DNA from: a virus
IMG/VR virus record: IMGVR_UViG_3300045988_160394
Coordinates: 192,001 to 256,000 of that record
Reading direction: 5' to 3' (one strand)
DNA length: 64,000 nt
Below are positions 38,555-50,116 of this stretch, piece by piece (the first letter of the stretch is position 1; each line of letters begins with the position of its first letter). Under the pieces are notes generated by a model that worked only from the letters and a program-made list of their open reading frames with translations, had not been told where the DNA came from and did not search any database. The position numbers and the translations under genes were made by a program.

Positions 38555-39781
38555 CTATTTTGTAGCTGGTGTATTAGTTATATTGATAACTGGAGCAGCT
38601 GGGTATGATGGAGCTACAGCTATGTTTCTAGCAACAGTGATTGCTCTACCATTATTTAAGATACCTATTCCATATCTTTCTTTAGCTTTTAAAGATCTGA
38701 TATCTTTTTCTGGTTCTGTCCAGTTTCCGTTTGATAAACCTTCTCTTTGAGCGATTATACCTACTTCTGAACTATCTAATACATACATATCAAATCTCTT
38801 TGTAAGTTTATCAAAGTTTACCCATGGTGAGAAGTTTATAGATAGAGGTACAGGTAATCTGTTTTGAACTTGTTCTGGCTTCATTATCATTTTTTGACCA
38901 TTACCGTTATTAGCCATACCAAATGCAGCTGGTGTTCCTTGGATTCCTCCGTTAGGATGAACGTTATTTCCACCTAAAGCACCGAAAGTTAATCCGTTAC
39001 CTATCATTGAGTTTCTTGCGAAGATAACCCAAGTTAATGGATGCATGATAACATCTGTTGGGTTATATCCATTACCCATTAATGCTAATGTTAAATCTAA
39101 GAAGTCTTCTACTGATAAAGTATCATTGTAGTTACCATCTTTACCAAGTCCAGTTGTTCCTGCTGCTGGGATTATTCCTCTCTTAGCATTATCGAAAACA
39201 ACATGTCCATGTGTAGAGAATGCATTAAATATTAATTCTTCTTTATATCTAGCCATTGCTCTACCCATTTTTCTTAAGTTGATTCCTAAGATATCCCATG
39301 AGCTATCAGCTATAGCTTCTTCTGTTATAGAAACTTTAACTCCGATCTTTTTAACTCTTACTTCTAGAGTAGCGTTTTCTAGTGTAGTTTGATCGAATCC
39401 AGTTTCTTTGTATCTAGTACCTTCTCCAACTTCGTATGCTGTTACTTCCCCAACTATCGGAATAACATATACTGCTGAACTTCCTCCGTCAACTTTTACA
39501 GTTTGGAAGAACTTAGTTCCTAAATACTCAGGCTCAGCTGCTTCTCTTAATTTACCTTCTATAACTTTTGGGATTAATTTAACAGCGTCAGTACTTGAGA
39601 TTGCTTCTTTTATAGATGCTCTTCCTTTGCTGAAATCTCCGTATAAGTTTCTAGTCATGTTTTCAACTAAATCTATAGCTTCTTCAGTTATATTAACTGT
39701 TTTCTTATCTTTTTTAGCTAATGCTACTTGTTCTTTTAACTCATTAAGTTGCATTAGAGTTTCTTGTAATTGAATACTCAT
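38555..39781 (-). CDS. major capsid protein (HK97-fold type), 408 aa, no TGA
   Basis: The N-terminal coiled segment is followed by blocks typical of HK97-family capsid proteins (VYVIPIVGEVTAYEVGEGTRYKE, SITEEAIADSSWDILG, MARYKEELIFNAF). RBS GAGGAGGAA. Located after the protease/scaffold gene. Confidence 0.75.
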   Translation of the reverse strand: MSIQLQETLMQLNELKEQVALAKKDKKTVNITEEAIDLVENMTRNLYGDFSKGRASIKEAISSTDAVKLIPKVIEGKLREAAEPEYLGTKFFQTVKVDGGSSAVYVIPIVGEVTAYEVGEGTRYKETGFDQTTLENATLEVRVKKIGVKVSITEEAIADSSWDILGINLRKMGRAMARYKEELIFNAFSTHGHVVFDNAKRGIIPAAGTTGLGKDGNYNDTLSVEDFLDLTLALMGNGYNPTDVIMHPLTWVIFARNSMIGNGLTFGALGGNNVHPNGGIQGTPAAFGMANNGNGQKMIMKPEQVQNRLPVPLSINFSPWVNFDKLTKRFDMYVLDSSEVGIIAQREGLSNGNWTEPEKDIRSLKAKERYGIGILNNGRAITVARNIAVAPSYPAAPVINITNTPATK

Positions 39782-39824
39782 TATTCAAATTCCTCCTCAA
39801 AGAATCTTATTTTCTATTTTTTTT

Positions 39825-39847
39825 GAGGGAGCTTTTTAAACTCCCTC
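39825..39847 (-). other. 7-bp GC-rich stem-loop (GAGGGAG/CUCCCUC) in the leader of the MCP gene
   Basis: Perfect inverted repeat with a 9-nt loop. On the minus-strand RNA it is followed by an A-run rather than a U-run, so it is more likely a stability/processing hairpin than a terminator. Confidence 0.4.
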
Positions 39848-39896
39848 TTTCTATTTTTTATTATATAAAAGATATACCAATAATTTTCACAATTGA

Positions 39897-41360
39897 TTAA
39901 AGTTGTAATAAGATTGATGCAGTACCTACACATCCATCCCAGTCTACCATAGTTGGCATACCAGCTATTAAACCTTTTTTCTTATAAGATATATTTACTG
40001 GTTGAGCTTGTCCATCTCCGCCACCTCTTGTTTGCTTAATAGCAAATAATCCTTTATGCATATCAGCATAAACTACTGTAAATTGTGCTGAACCTACTGT
40101 AATAGTAGCATTATCTGTAATAGATACAGCATCTCCTGAACCTATTTTAACTTTAGCTGATTCTAAAGCTGTATCAGGTAATCTTAAGATCATTTCATCT
40201 TCTGAAGCTTCTTTACCAACAATAACATGGCTTATAGTTAAAGTTTCACCTTTTCCTAATTCTTGAGCAGCGTGGTTTCCACCATCCATAAGTCCTGGAA
40301 TACCTCTGTCTAATCTCATAGCTTCGTCTAATCTTGGATCAAATGCACCTTCTCTTGATGAAGCTAACATGTGTAAATCATTAGAAATGTAGTTCTTATC
40401 GTAAGGATATCCTGGATAAGTAAAGTCTGATTGATAAGCAGTTGGAGGATTAGTTACGAAATCTTCTCCAGCTCTTCCTGAATTAGGCCAGATTTGTGGA
40501 TTGAAGTCGCTGAAGTTTCTTCTATCTTCTAAGCTCCATTGAGCAAATCTAGCAGCACCTTCTGGTAATAATGATTTATCAGTTGCGTAAACTGTTCCTA
40601 TAACTTGTTGTCTTTCTGCTTCTATTTCAGCAGCTGTCATATCTGCCATTCCTTTTGGTTTGTTATCTTTAGGGAAAGATAAAGGTGAGATAGTTATTCT
40701 ACCATTAGCGTCAGCTTTTAATTTGTGTCCTGGTTTTAATTCTCCATATACACATCCCCATGGGTTTCCTTCTGCTTTATCTTTTTGTTCGAACCATGGT
40801 AAATCAACTAATTTATCTGTCCAGATTGGTCCTGGCATGATACCATTGAATGCATCTGCATTTCTAGTATATTCGTTTCTTCCTAACATACCTAATGGTA
40901 AGTTAGCATCTCTTAATGTTTCAGGTTTACTTTGGTCTTTACCGTTTAAAGTATTAACTTGGAAAGTATCTTCTACTTCTTTCCATGTGTTACCTTCTTG
41001 TAATTCTACTACTTTACCACCGTTTGCTAAAGTAACAGCATTGAAGAAGTGTTGAGTTTCAGTATCCATTACAGTTAAGTGTGGATCAGCAGCTACTATT
41101 CTTCCTTTTGGAATTACAATTTGGTTATATCCGTATGCCCATCCATATCTGAATAATGGTTTTAATCTTGGGTCCATAACGTATTTAATATTTAACGTAT
41201 CATGTTCACTCACAATTAATGAGTTATTAGTTCTATTTATTCTTTGGTCGTCGGTTCTATGTCCTGGTATACCGTTATTTTGGAACATGTCCCCTCTTGC
41301 ACCAGGTTGTAATACCTCTCTTGATGAGAAGCTATATGGTTGTAATGCCATTGTATTCAC
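39897..41360 (-). CDS. hypothetical abundant head protein, 487 aa, no TGA
   Basis: Intact ORF between the protease/scaffold and MCP genes. Trp-rich (all TGG). TAA stop. Function not recognisable. Confidence 0.6.
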   Translation of the reverse strand: MNTMALQPYSFSSREVLQPGARGDMFQNNGIPGHRTDDQRINRTNNSLIVSEHDTLNIKYVMDPRLKPLFRYGWAYGYNQIVIPKGRIVAADPHLTVMDTETQHFFNAVTLANGGKVVELQEGNTWKEVEDTFQVNTLNGKDQSKPETLRDANLPLGMLGRNEYTRNADAFNGIMPGPIWTDKLVDLPWFEQKDKAEGNPWGCVYGELKPGHKLKADANGRITISPLSFPKDNKPKGMADMTAAEIEAERQQVIGTVYATDKSLLPEGAARFAQWSLEDRRNFSDFNPQIWPNSGRAGEDFVTNPPTAYQSDFTYPGYPYDKNYISNDLHMLASSREGAFDPRLDEAMRLDRGIPGLMDGGNHAAQELGKGETLTISHVIVGKEASEDEMILRLPDTALESAKVKIGSGDAVSITDNATITVGSAQFTVVYADMHKGLFAIKQTRGGGDGQAQPVNISYKKKGLIAGMPTMVDWDGCVGTASILLQL

Positions 41361-41456
41361 TCCTTGTATTTAATTTCTTTTTAATGATTTCTTATTTTAG
41401 TATATTCATACATTTGAAAATATTATCTTTTCGTTGCTTTTATTATATTAAAGAGA

Positions 41457-42908
41457 TTATTCTAGACCAAATATGTTACCTAATTTAGCTTTAAAGTCTA
41501 CGCTCTCTTTTAAGTTTCTTGCAGCAGTAGTTGATCCTGAATCAACAATAGTATTATCTCTTTCATCAGATACACTTACAGGAGATTCTATTACACTCAT
41601 TTGTCTAATAGCATTTAAATTAGATTCTTTACATTCTGTATAAGTTTTTAAACTAACTTGTAAAGACTCAACTGAACTCTCCATTAAAGATGCTACATCT
41701 TGAGCTTTTAATCCAATATCAGTTCTAAGCTTATTAACTCTTTCTACTAGGTCAACTTTTCTTTCTTGTTGTACTTTTACTAATTCTACTTCAGCAGATT
41801 CTTTTAATTTCTTTTCTACTTCTACAGATTTCTTTAATGAAGCATTTTCTGCTTTTAATTTCTCTATTTCAGCTTTTAACTCTTTTATTTCATTTCCTTC
41901 TGTCTTTTTGTCTTTACCTTCGTTAGTTTTATCGTCGTTTACTTCGCCTTCTTTAGAACCTTCATCTGATTTAGGATCTTCTTTTGGTTTTTCTTCTCCT
42001 TCATCGTTCTTAGGATTCTTTTCATCATCTTTTTGTTCAGGAGTTTCTTCAGGCTTTTGCTCAGGATCTTTCTTTCCTTCTTCACCTTCAGTTTCACCTT
42101 CTTCTTTTCCTTGCTTATTTTCTTCTTCAATTTTTCCAGTTTGATTTGCGTTTTCTCCATCTTTTACTTCTTCATCTAAAGGAGAACCTTCTGCGATAGC
42201 AGCTTTAGTTGATTCTATTAAATCAGCAAATATATTATTTGTTCCAAATGCCATTGATTCATTCACCTCATTATTTTTATTTTTTTTAACAGCTGGGTAT
42301 ACTCTAGTACTATGAGCATATATATCAGATGGTACAATTACGAAAGATAATTCTTTAGGTTCAATTCTTTTTACTATCCAATAACATCTTTTGCCATCAT
42401 ATATTTCACCTTTAGAATGTTCGCATAGTCCTTCTTCTACCAAATTCCTATTACAAATAGAACATCTTATATCATGAGCTATAGCTCCTATAGATACAGT
42501 AGCTAATGTTCCATTTTTAATTCCTGTTTTACCTTCTTCGTCTCCTATATTAGTAACAAATTCAAGAGCAGCTGTTCCACTTCTTTCACTCTTACTAATA
42601 TAATTAGCACTTTTAATTCTACCTATTATCTTTCCATCTCTTTCATTATGATGCATTATTACTGGTCTTTCATAAGGAGATGTCCAATAAGGTACTGATT
42701 CTTTTAAACAGTCTGGTGCATAATAAGTATCATTTCTGGTTATAATAGAATGGATTCCTTCTATATCTACCATCAACGAATTCTCATCTATATAAGTTTG
42801 TGTATAGCCCTCGGATAACAAAGCAATTTCGTTATCCTTGGACTTTACATTTAAAGCTACAGCACCGACATATTCTTTTAATTCAAATGCCATACTATGC
42901 TTTTTCAC
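41457..42908 (-). CDS. prohead protease / scaffold-like protein, 483 aa
   Basis: A globular N-terminal region of about 210 aa is followed by a long K/E/D-rich coiled-coil tail (EIKELKAEIEKLKAENASLKK). Positioned between portal and capsid genes. The protease call rests on position only. Confidence 0.5.
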   Translation of the reverse strand: MKKHSMAFELKEYVGAVALNVKSKDNEIALLSEGYTQTYIDENSLMVDIEGIHSIITRNDTYYAPDCLKESVPYWTSPYERPVIMHHNERDGKIIGRIKSANYISKSERSGTAALEFVTNIGDEEGKTGIKNGTLATVSIGAIAHDIRCSICNRNLVEEGLCEHSKGEIYDGKRCYWIVKRIEPKELSFVIVPSDIYAHSTRVYPAVKKNKNNEVNESMAFGTNNIFADLIESTKAAIAEGSPLDEEVKDGENANQTGKIEEENKQGKEEGETEGEEGKKDPEQKPEETPEQKDDEKNPKNDEGEEKPKEDPKSDEGSKEGEVNDDKTNEGKDKKTEGNEIKELKAEIEKLKAENASLKKSVEVEKKLKESAEVELVKVQQERKVDLVERVNKLRTDIGLKAQDVASLMESSVESLQVSLKTYTECKESNLNAIRQMSVIESPVSVSDERDNTIVDSGSTTAARNLKESVDFKAKLGNIFGLE

Positions 42909-45030
42909 CTGCCTTTGGTTTTGTATATGTTATTTCACAATTACAGAAAGAATGATAAGCTGGTATTTCTTCTACTGTAAAAGCTTTTGTATCTATAACG
43001 TCTTTATTTTCATTAGCGTCTTTATCGCTGCTAAATTTAATATATGCTTTATCTATTCCAACAAACGCTCCTGTTTTTACATATGAATACCAATAAGATT
43101 TTCTAGCATAATAATCTTCTAAGAATCTAACTTTATACTCATATTTGTTGAAAGCTTGTTCTACATCAGCATCTTCTTTATCTAAATCTTTAACTATGTT
43201 TTTAAATATATGTTTTAAATCATTAGAAAACTCTTCATAGAATTTAGTTAATACTATTTTATCTTTAGGCATAGATACTTTCTTAACATTAGTATTTATA
43301 TCTTTTAAAGCATCTACCATACCTTGATTTGAATTCATATCAACTATTCTTTCTAATAAAGTAGATATTGTTTCAGCTGTTAATGGAAGTATTAAATCAT
43401 TATCTTCTCCATTCATTATGTCATCGCAAGCATCCATATATATAGAATAGATTTCTTTTGTATATACCTTTTTATTATATTCACTATTAAACGCTTCTTT
43501 TATTTTTGCAGATGTTTTACCATGTTGATTAGCAGGTCTATTATTATTATCTACAGCTTTATTAGGGCTTGAACTCTTAGAGCTTCTTGGAGATTTATTA
43601 GCTGTTGATCCTTTTGATGCAGAACCACTATTATTAGCATTTCTACTTTGAATGCTCATTTTAGCAATCTCTTTTTGATGTTCTGCTGTTCTATCAATTT
43701 CTTTCATTCTTGCTTTAGTATCAATGTAGTTTTTATATAATTTTTCTTCATCATCAGGACTATCTTTGTATCCCATTTTTCTTCTAGATTCACTAATGCT
43801 TGTAACATTAGATTGATACTTAAGCATTTCATGATTTTCTTTTTTAACTTTAGTCTCTAATGAGATTTCTTCAAATTCATAATCTACTATATCTTCTTCA
43901 TTTAATATAGGATTAAATCCATTTTCTAATAGTAATTCACTTAATATATATTCTCTAATAAAGATTTCCATTATTCTTTGAATATATTTAACAGTATCAT
44001 GTATTTGAGCTTCCATAGAATCTGCATCTTGTTTAGCTCCTCCTCTACCCATTTGAGAAGCAGATACTCCTAATGCAGAGAATACTCTATTTTCAAAATA
44101 AGTTAAATATCCTTGTGCATTTAAAGCAGTTCCTTCAGCTCCTATAGCTTTTATAGTTGTTCTTTCATTAGTAATTAATATTCCATCCAATGTTGAATTT
44201 TCTACTTCTCTTTGTGCCTTTTGTATTTCTGGATCAGTTCCTCCCATACCTGGTTGAGGTAATCCTATTATCCATTGATATAAAGGCATAGAAAATCTAT
44301 ATATTAATGCACTGACGTTACCTTCTATTTTTCTTAATAGCTTAACGTCTTCTAATGCTGCTATTACTCTAGGTGTACCAAAAGAGTTATTTGCATCTTT
44401 ATCTAAATACATATGAATAACATCTCTAGGATAAAATTGTTTTTTATTTTTACCATATCCTTGTTCGTATTTTAATACGTTACCATTTAAATCTCTTTTA
44501 ATTCTTATAGACGCAGGATCAACTCTAAAATATCCACCAACTATTTTATCAGCAAATATAGGTTGTAATCCTGGCATACCAGGAATAGCATCTACTCTTT
44601 TCTTTATTAAAAAAGCATTAGAATATTTAACTAAGTCGTCTGCTATTTCTTGAAAAAGTATATCCATTGGTTTTTGAGTAGCAAAAGACATCATTCTAAA
44701 TCTTTTTTCTAAATACTCAACTCTATCGTCTTGACCTTTTAAAGATGCTCCTTCTTTATATATTAAATAAGAATATTTACTAAAAGATATTTTTATATAA
44801 GAATCAGCCTCTGAAGCTTCTTTTATTTCTCAAAGATTATATTCAGGTCTTTCAAATCTTTCTCTACTATCAGATTGATTAGCTATAGCACCTATGGCTT
44901 TAACAACAAAATCTTTTATTTTAGCCTTATTTATTTTTATAGGTCTGGATGTAGTTACTTTTTCTTCAACAGGAGTTTCATCTAAATCAATACTTTCTTT
45001 TCGTTTGAACAGCTTGTCAAACAAATCCAT
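42895..45030 (-). CDS. portal protein, 711 aa, 1 in-frame TGA (44830)
   Basis: ORFs 44830..45030 and 42895..44694 are joined in frame; the 45-codon linker was hand-translated. Size, position between TerL and the protease/scaffold, and portal-like blocks (FYPRDVIHMYLDKD, LIYRFSMPLYQWIIG) support the call. TAG stop. Confidence 0.75.
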
Positions 45031-45055
45031 GTTATCACCTGTCTTTCATATTTAA

Positions 45056-45358
45056 TTATTTAACTCTTGCTAATATATCAGTCTCTTTTAATAGCAAGTA
45101 TTTTTTATTATCAAATTGTATTTCAGTTCCAGCATATTTATTGTATAATACTTGATCTCCTACATTAACTGAAGGAATTAATAACTGTCCATTGTTTAGC
45201 ATTCTTCCTTCTCCGATTGCAACAACTCTTGCCATATCTGTTCTTAAAGATTGTTCAGTTCCTTCATTAAGTAAGATTAATCCACCTTCTGTTTTTTCTT
45301 CTTTTTGTTTAACCTCTATTTCTAATAATAAATTATCTCCCATTGGTTGTAGATTCAT
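45056..45358 (-). CDS. groES: GroES-like co-chaperonin (Hsp10), 100 aa
   Basis: Collinear with bacterial GroES along its full length: MNLQPMGDNLLLE..., TEGGLIL, ARVVAIGEGR, NVGDQVLY, KETDILARV. RBS AGGGAAGG. TAA stop. Confidence 0.85.
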   Translation of the reverse strand: MNLQPMGDNLLLEIEVKQKEEKTEGGLILLNEGTEQSLRTDMARVVAIGEGRMLNNGQLLIPSVNVGDQVLYNKYAGTEIQFDNKKYLLLKETDILARVK

Positions 45359-46334
45359 GTTTTATACCTTCCCTTTCTATTAATGTTTGTTTTGACTTTA
45401 TTTCTTGAACTCAACTTTGAAAACTATCCTTTATAACTTTATTTGAGCTATTAAGATAACGATATAAGTTTTCATAAGCTATATCATATTTCTTATCGTA
45501 TGATATTAATGATGCTGTTAATACATTATTGTTATATTGATTTGATTTCGTTCCACCGTCAGTTTTTTCTATATTAGCATATCTAATTCTAAACTCTTGT
45601 GTGGCTTTTAATTGTTTTAAATTTATTATTGTTGATTCTAAGTTAAACATAAGTTTGTGATAATCTAGTTTCATATCTTTTATTATTTGTTGTCTAACAG
45701 CAGAATCTAACAAATGCTTAGCATTATCTATAATATCGTTACTATTAAATAGTATATTATTAATTATTAATCCAATTTCACTGTCTGTTTTATTACTAGT
45801 TGCTAAAATATAATCTCTTCAAAATTCAGTAATTATATTTTGTAACTCAATATTATAATAATAAAATAAGTCTACTAAATTCTTTATATATTCTTTTTCG
45901 TATATATCTTTTTTTGTATACTCTTCTTCTTCTGTTGGAAAGAAGTCATCTGTTCCTCACATATTATCAACATCTTCATTATTGTTATTATCATCATTTT
46001 CGTTATCACTATTTTCATTGTTGTCAGTATCAGCATAATTCCAATCATCTTCATCAGGAATAGGTTCTACAACTTTATCTTTTAATTCTTCATTTATAAA
46101 ATCTAAGACTGGATCAAACACTTCTTTTATTGTATTAGAAGCTTCATTTGGCAATTTAGAAATCAATGTGTTTAATACATTCATATTATTTATCAAATTG
46201 TCTATGATTTCTTTACCTTCGTCTTTTTCATCTGGTGCATTATTGTCTATTTCACTATATTCTATTTCTGAATAATAATCATCAGTGTAATTAAGCTCAG
46301 GAACATAACCTATTCGTTTTTTATTTTCATCCAT
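45333..46334 (-). CDS. hypothetical acidic protein, 333 aa, 3 in-frame TGA (45957, 45819, 45411)
   Basis: ORFs 45957..46334 and 45411..45713 and the linker are co-framed (hand-translated). After the last TGA the frame runs 25 more codons to TAA 45333-45335, overlapping the groES start by 26 nt. Confidence 0.6.
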
Positions 46335-46399
46335 TATTAACAGCTCCTTTCATATAAAAGTATATTAGCGATGATATAATAGAATACCATCGCTAATTA

Positions 46400-49300
46400 C
46401 TATCTACTAAATCCACCTCTTCTACCAAAACCTCCAGAACGAGAACCTCAACCACTACTCCTTCCACCAAATCTATTAGACATAGCTTTAGCTGATCTAT
46501 AATCCATATCAACCTCTACTCATGTTTGTCTATCTCCAGGTAAATCATCTCAATCATTATTAGCATAAAAATCAGATATTCTAGAGTCTGTATTAATTCT
46601 ATTAACAGAAGTAGCATACATTCCTGCTCCACCCATTTGTTTATTAGATATATGGAAGTCTGAAGTAGTTTTTATATCTTCAACGACACCTGTTAGTTCT
46701 TTAAATTCCATAACCATTGCTAAGTGAGCTAAACCTAAAGCGTCGACAAAGTGTTCGTTTTCTGATGTATATTGAGGTATACCTGCTTTAGACATTTGAA
46801 CAACTTCGTAATCTGTTAATTGTTTAGCTAATACATCGTCGTAAGGAGATAATATAATTCTATCTCTTTCAAAAGCTATTTGTAGTTGGTTAACCATAAA
46901 TGGTTTAAAAGGTTTGCTATCTAATTCTTTAGTTATAGGGTCCATTATTTGAAGCTTAGTAGAAAAGTTACACTTCTTAACTTTAGCTTTTAATCCTGTT
47001 TGTGGATTTTCATCACCTATGATATGCAAGCGTTCTATTTGATATTCTCCTGCTCCTGCATCACAATATATTCAGCTAGGATTATATAGAGCATTTAATT
47101 CAACTATTAAATTAACAGCTGCATCATAAGAATATTCACTTCTAGGAACTTCTACTCTTTTTAATACTTTAAATTTATTAAAGTTTACATCATAATCTAA
47201 TATTAAAATAGAAGATGAAGCTCCATATTTATCTCAGTCAACCCCCATAGTTCTAAAAACATTTCTAGGAGGAGGATTTGTTCTGTCATACAATTCCATG
47301 AAGGGGTATAATCCTGTTTCTTGTAGTTTTTCTTTTTGGAAATAATCTAATTCATTATAAGCATAATTATAAAACTTTTGAGCAGCATCTAATTTATTCT
47401 TATCAAATACCCCTGTTTCTTGTGTACCGAACTCAGCTAAAACTTCATGCACATAACCTTCAGCTGTTAATTGAGCTTTAAGTTCTGCTTCCATTTGAGC
47501 ATTCCAGTTAGGGTTATGTGTAGATGGATGATAATGTTGAGAATATCCCATACTCTTATCTGTACACATTTGATAGAACTTACTACGTTTACCTAAAGGT
47601 GTAGATGAAACTGTTATACCTATTTCAGGTCTCTCTATAGCAACAGCAGCAACAACTTCGAAACAATATTCACTCATGAAGTCAACCTCATCTATGAATA
47701 TCCAGTCTGCTTTTTGTCCTCTTATAGAAGCTGCATCATCACCAGTAGTAAATCCTAGTATCATAGATCCGTTAGCAAATTCTATTTTTGCAGGGTTCTT
47801 TGTAGAAGCAACTACTGTTTGTTTTAATAATGGAGATTCTGCTATTAACTCATTTAATCTTGTAAACATGTTTCTGATTTGGTTTTCATATGGAGCAGCC
47901 ATAAGTATTCTAAAGTTCTTATTACTACTAGCCATATATAACATCTCAACTACCATTGTTTCAGTATTATGAGTTATAAAGTCTTCTGCTACAAAGTTCA
48001 TTGTTAATGGTATAGATAAATTATATGTTTGCATCTCTCCTAAGGATTGTATTGAAACTATTTCATCAAAGATAAATTCACCATCTGCAAAAGCTTTTAA
48101 ATCTTCATTATCTAATACATTAGCGAATTCTTTTAATCTACTCCTTTGGATATCATAATTCATTCTTAATCTAACATTAGGATTTGTTTTACACAAATCA
48201 GCTTTAGATAATCCTTGTTTAATTCTATCTTCTTCTACGAATTCTAATATCTCTTTTGGTAGATAAGTATCGTATTTATTATTTATTAAAGCTAATTCAT
48301 AAGCTTCTTTCATAACTTTCTCTTTAGAGAAAATACCAATCTCTTTATAGAACTTAATAACGTTTATAGAATCTGTTATTAAAAGCTGATAACAAACTTT
48401 AATTGTTCCATTATATTTATTTTTCTTAGTTACAACATAGCTATTAATTCCAAACTTTAATAATAAATGTTGTATATCAGAAATAAGTTCTCTTGATACA
48501 GAACTATATCCTATTTGTTGTTTATTATTTCTAGCATATGCTCAACCATCTGTAGCGTATAATCTAGATAAGAATAAAGCTGTATCGTTTTTACTTAATT
48601 TAAATATATCTTTAGGAACGAATTTAGTATGAGATGTTTTCCCAAACAATTCGTGCTTTTCTAAAATCTCTTTAATATTGTTAGGATAGATTCTATTATT
48701 CCTGTTATGTTTTTTTACAATATTATAATCTATGTTTCTATTGCTTTTATATTGTACTAATTCACAGTCAAAATAGTTAACTGCTCTTTCTAATTCACTT
48801 CTTATCTCTTCAGAAGCTGTACAGAATCTAATAGCCTTTGTAGAGCAATTACCGTCACCAATCATGTAAGCTAATAGTTTTATTTCATTTTCGCTCATGT
48901 AGTGATTACCGAAATATCCTAAGTTACCAGCTAATGCTACTCTATCTCCTGGTTTTAAGAAATCTATTGCTTGTCATCCTTTAGCAGTAAATAATGGGTG
49001 ATTTCCCGTAGCATCTATGTGCCTACCTGACTTTGTAGTAACTCTAAAGACTTCTTTAATTCCGTTATCTGTTATTTCATTAGTAAAGTGAGGACTCATC
49101 TTATAATCATCTGTCATAGTTACAAAATGAGCTCGACCTTGTTTATATAACTCTTCTGCTGTTACTCTTTCTCCTGTTTTAGGATTAAATACTCTAGTAT
49201 GACCAGGGATACATTTCCCTATACGTCTTCCACATCTATATACTTTTCTAACACTTTTGTCTCTTAACATTTCAACTTGATATCATCTAGCTGTTCAAGG

Positions 49301-49411
49301 CACGTATTCTTTTTTTCTAGGATCGAAAGTTTTTAAAAAAGCTTGAGACCATAATATAGGGTCATCCATAATTTCTTTAAGCTTCTTGGACTGAGCTCTA
49401 TTTATTGCCAC
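46400..49411 (-). CDS. terL: terminase large subunit interrupted by an intein, 1003 codons (about 587-aa extein), 9 in-frame TGA, GTG start
   Basis: Fragments 48974..49270, 48542..48898, 47234..48313 and 46550..47029, plus the linkers and a C-terminal extension, are all co-framed (triplet-scanned). RBS AAGGAGTG precedes GTG 49409-49411; stop is TAG 46400-46402. Motifs: PWTARWYQVEML (both W are TGA); Walker A CGRRIGK|...|T, split by the intein; Walker B ADWIFIDEVDF; nuclease-domain MGVDWDKYG (W is TGA). Confidence 0.9.
47966..49213 (-). mobile_element. intein (416 aa) with a LAGLIDADG homing-endonuclease domain, inserted in the TerL P-loop
   Basis: It starts with Cys right after the Walker-A Lys (RRIGK/CIPGHTRVF). 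Hint block B is TGNHPLFT. LAGLIDADG motifs are LLAYMIGDGN and FLSRLYATDGW. It ends FVAEDFITHN, followed by Thr, which restores GKT. It carries its own in-frame TGAs (48974, 48542). Confidence 0.85.
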
Positions 49412-49434
49412 TGTTTTCACTCCTTACATGTTGA

Positions 49435-50076
49435 TTAGAAAAATAAGTCAAAAGGTTCATCATCAAATTCTAATAATATTTCTCTTTTGTATGTTCTTTC
49501 ATCTAAATACTTTTTAAATTCTTCTATTTCTGATTCATTATATGCTTCACTAGCTTTTGCTATATATCTAGTAATATAACAACTGCTACATAACTCTTTA
49601 GTTAATGGAGTTGTTCCTGCTATTGATATACTAACTTCTTCATTATTTGCTCATATAGTACTTAGTTTGAAAAATGATAGTAAATCATCAAAAGCTCTTC
49701 TAGAAAAATAAGGCTCGTCGACTTTTAAATGTTTTAATCTTAATCCTCTAGCGTCTCCTCTTTCTATTTCGTTAATACTTTTTATATACAATGTATTATC
49801 ATTAATAATAACTTTGTCATTTACTAATTCATATTCGCAATCTAAAGCAGAGCATATTTCTTTAATAGTTTGTAAGATATGTTTTTTTTGTGCTACATAA
49901 CTGCAACAGAATAACACATCAGATTCATTGTTCGCTTGCATATCTCTTACTGTTGATAAACATAAAGCAGATGTTTTTCCAACTCTTCTACTTCCTAATA
50001 ATATTTTTATTTTAGAATTGTTATCATATATAAAATTTCTAATAGTATCTTTACTTAAAATATCCATTACATTCAT
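49435..50076 (-). CDS. P-loop NTPase resembling a terminase ATPase domain, 213 aa, 1 in-frame TGA (49651)
   Basis: Walker A LLGSRRVGKTS (compare TerL CGRRIGKT) and Walker B LKHLKVDEPYF. AAAGGAGA lies 10 nt before the ATG at 50076; the track start at 50145 overlaps the upstream gene. The frame stays open 71 codons past the TGA to TAA 49435-49437. Confidence 0.65.
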
Positions 50077-50116
50077 TATTTTAATATCTCCTTTATTATC
50101 CTGTTTTTTATTTTTA

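Noticed and set aside
41900-42200. Overlapping ORFs 41908..42144 (+) and 41939..42160 (-) in the K/E-rich region, considered as separate genes or a repeat array
   Set aside because: They are alternative-frame readings of the low-complexity charged tail of the scaffold-like protein 41457..42908. The region is not a tandem DNA repeat of fixed period, and neither ORF has an RBS.
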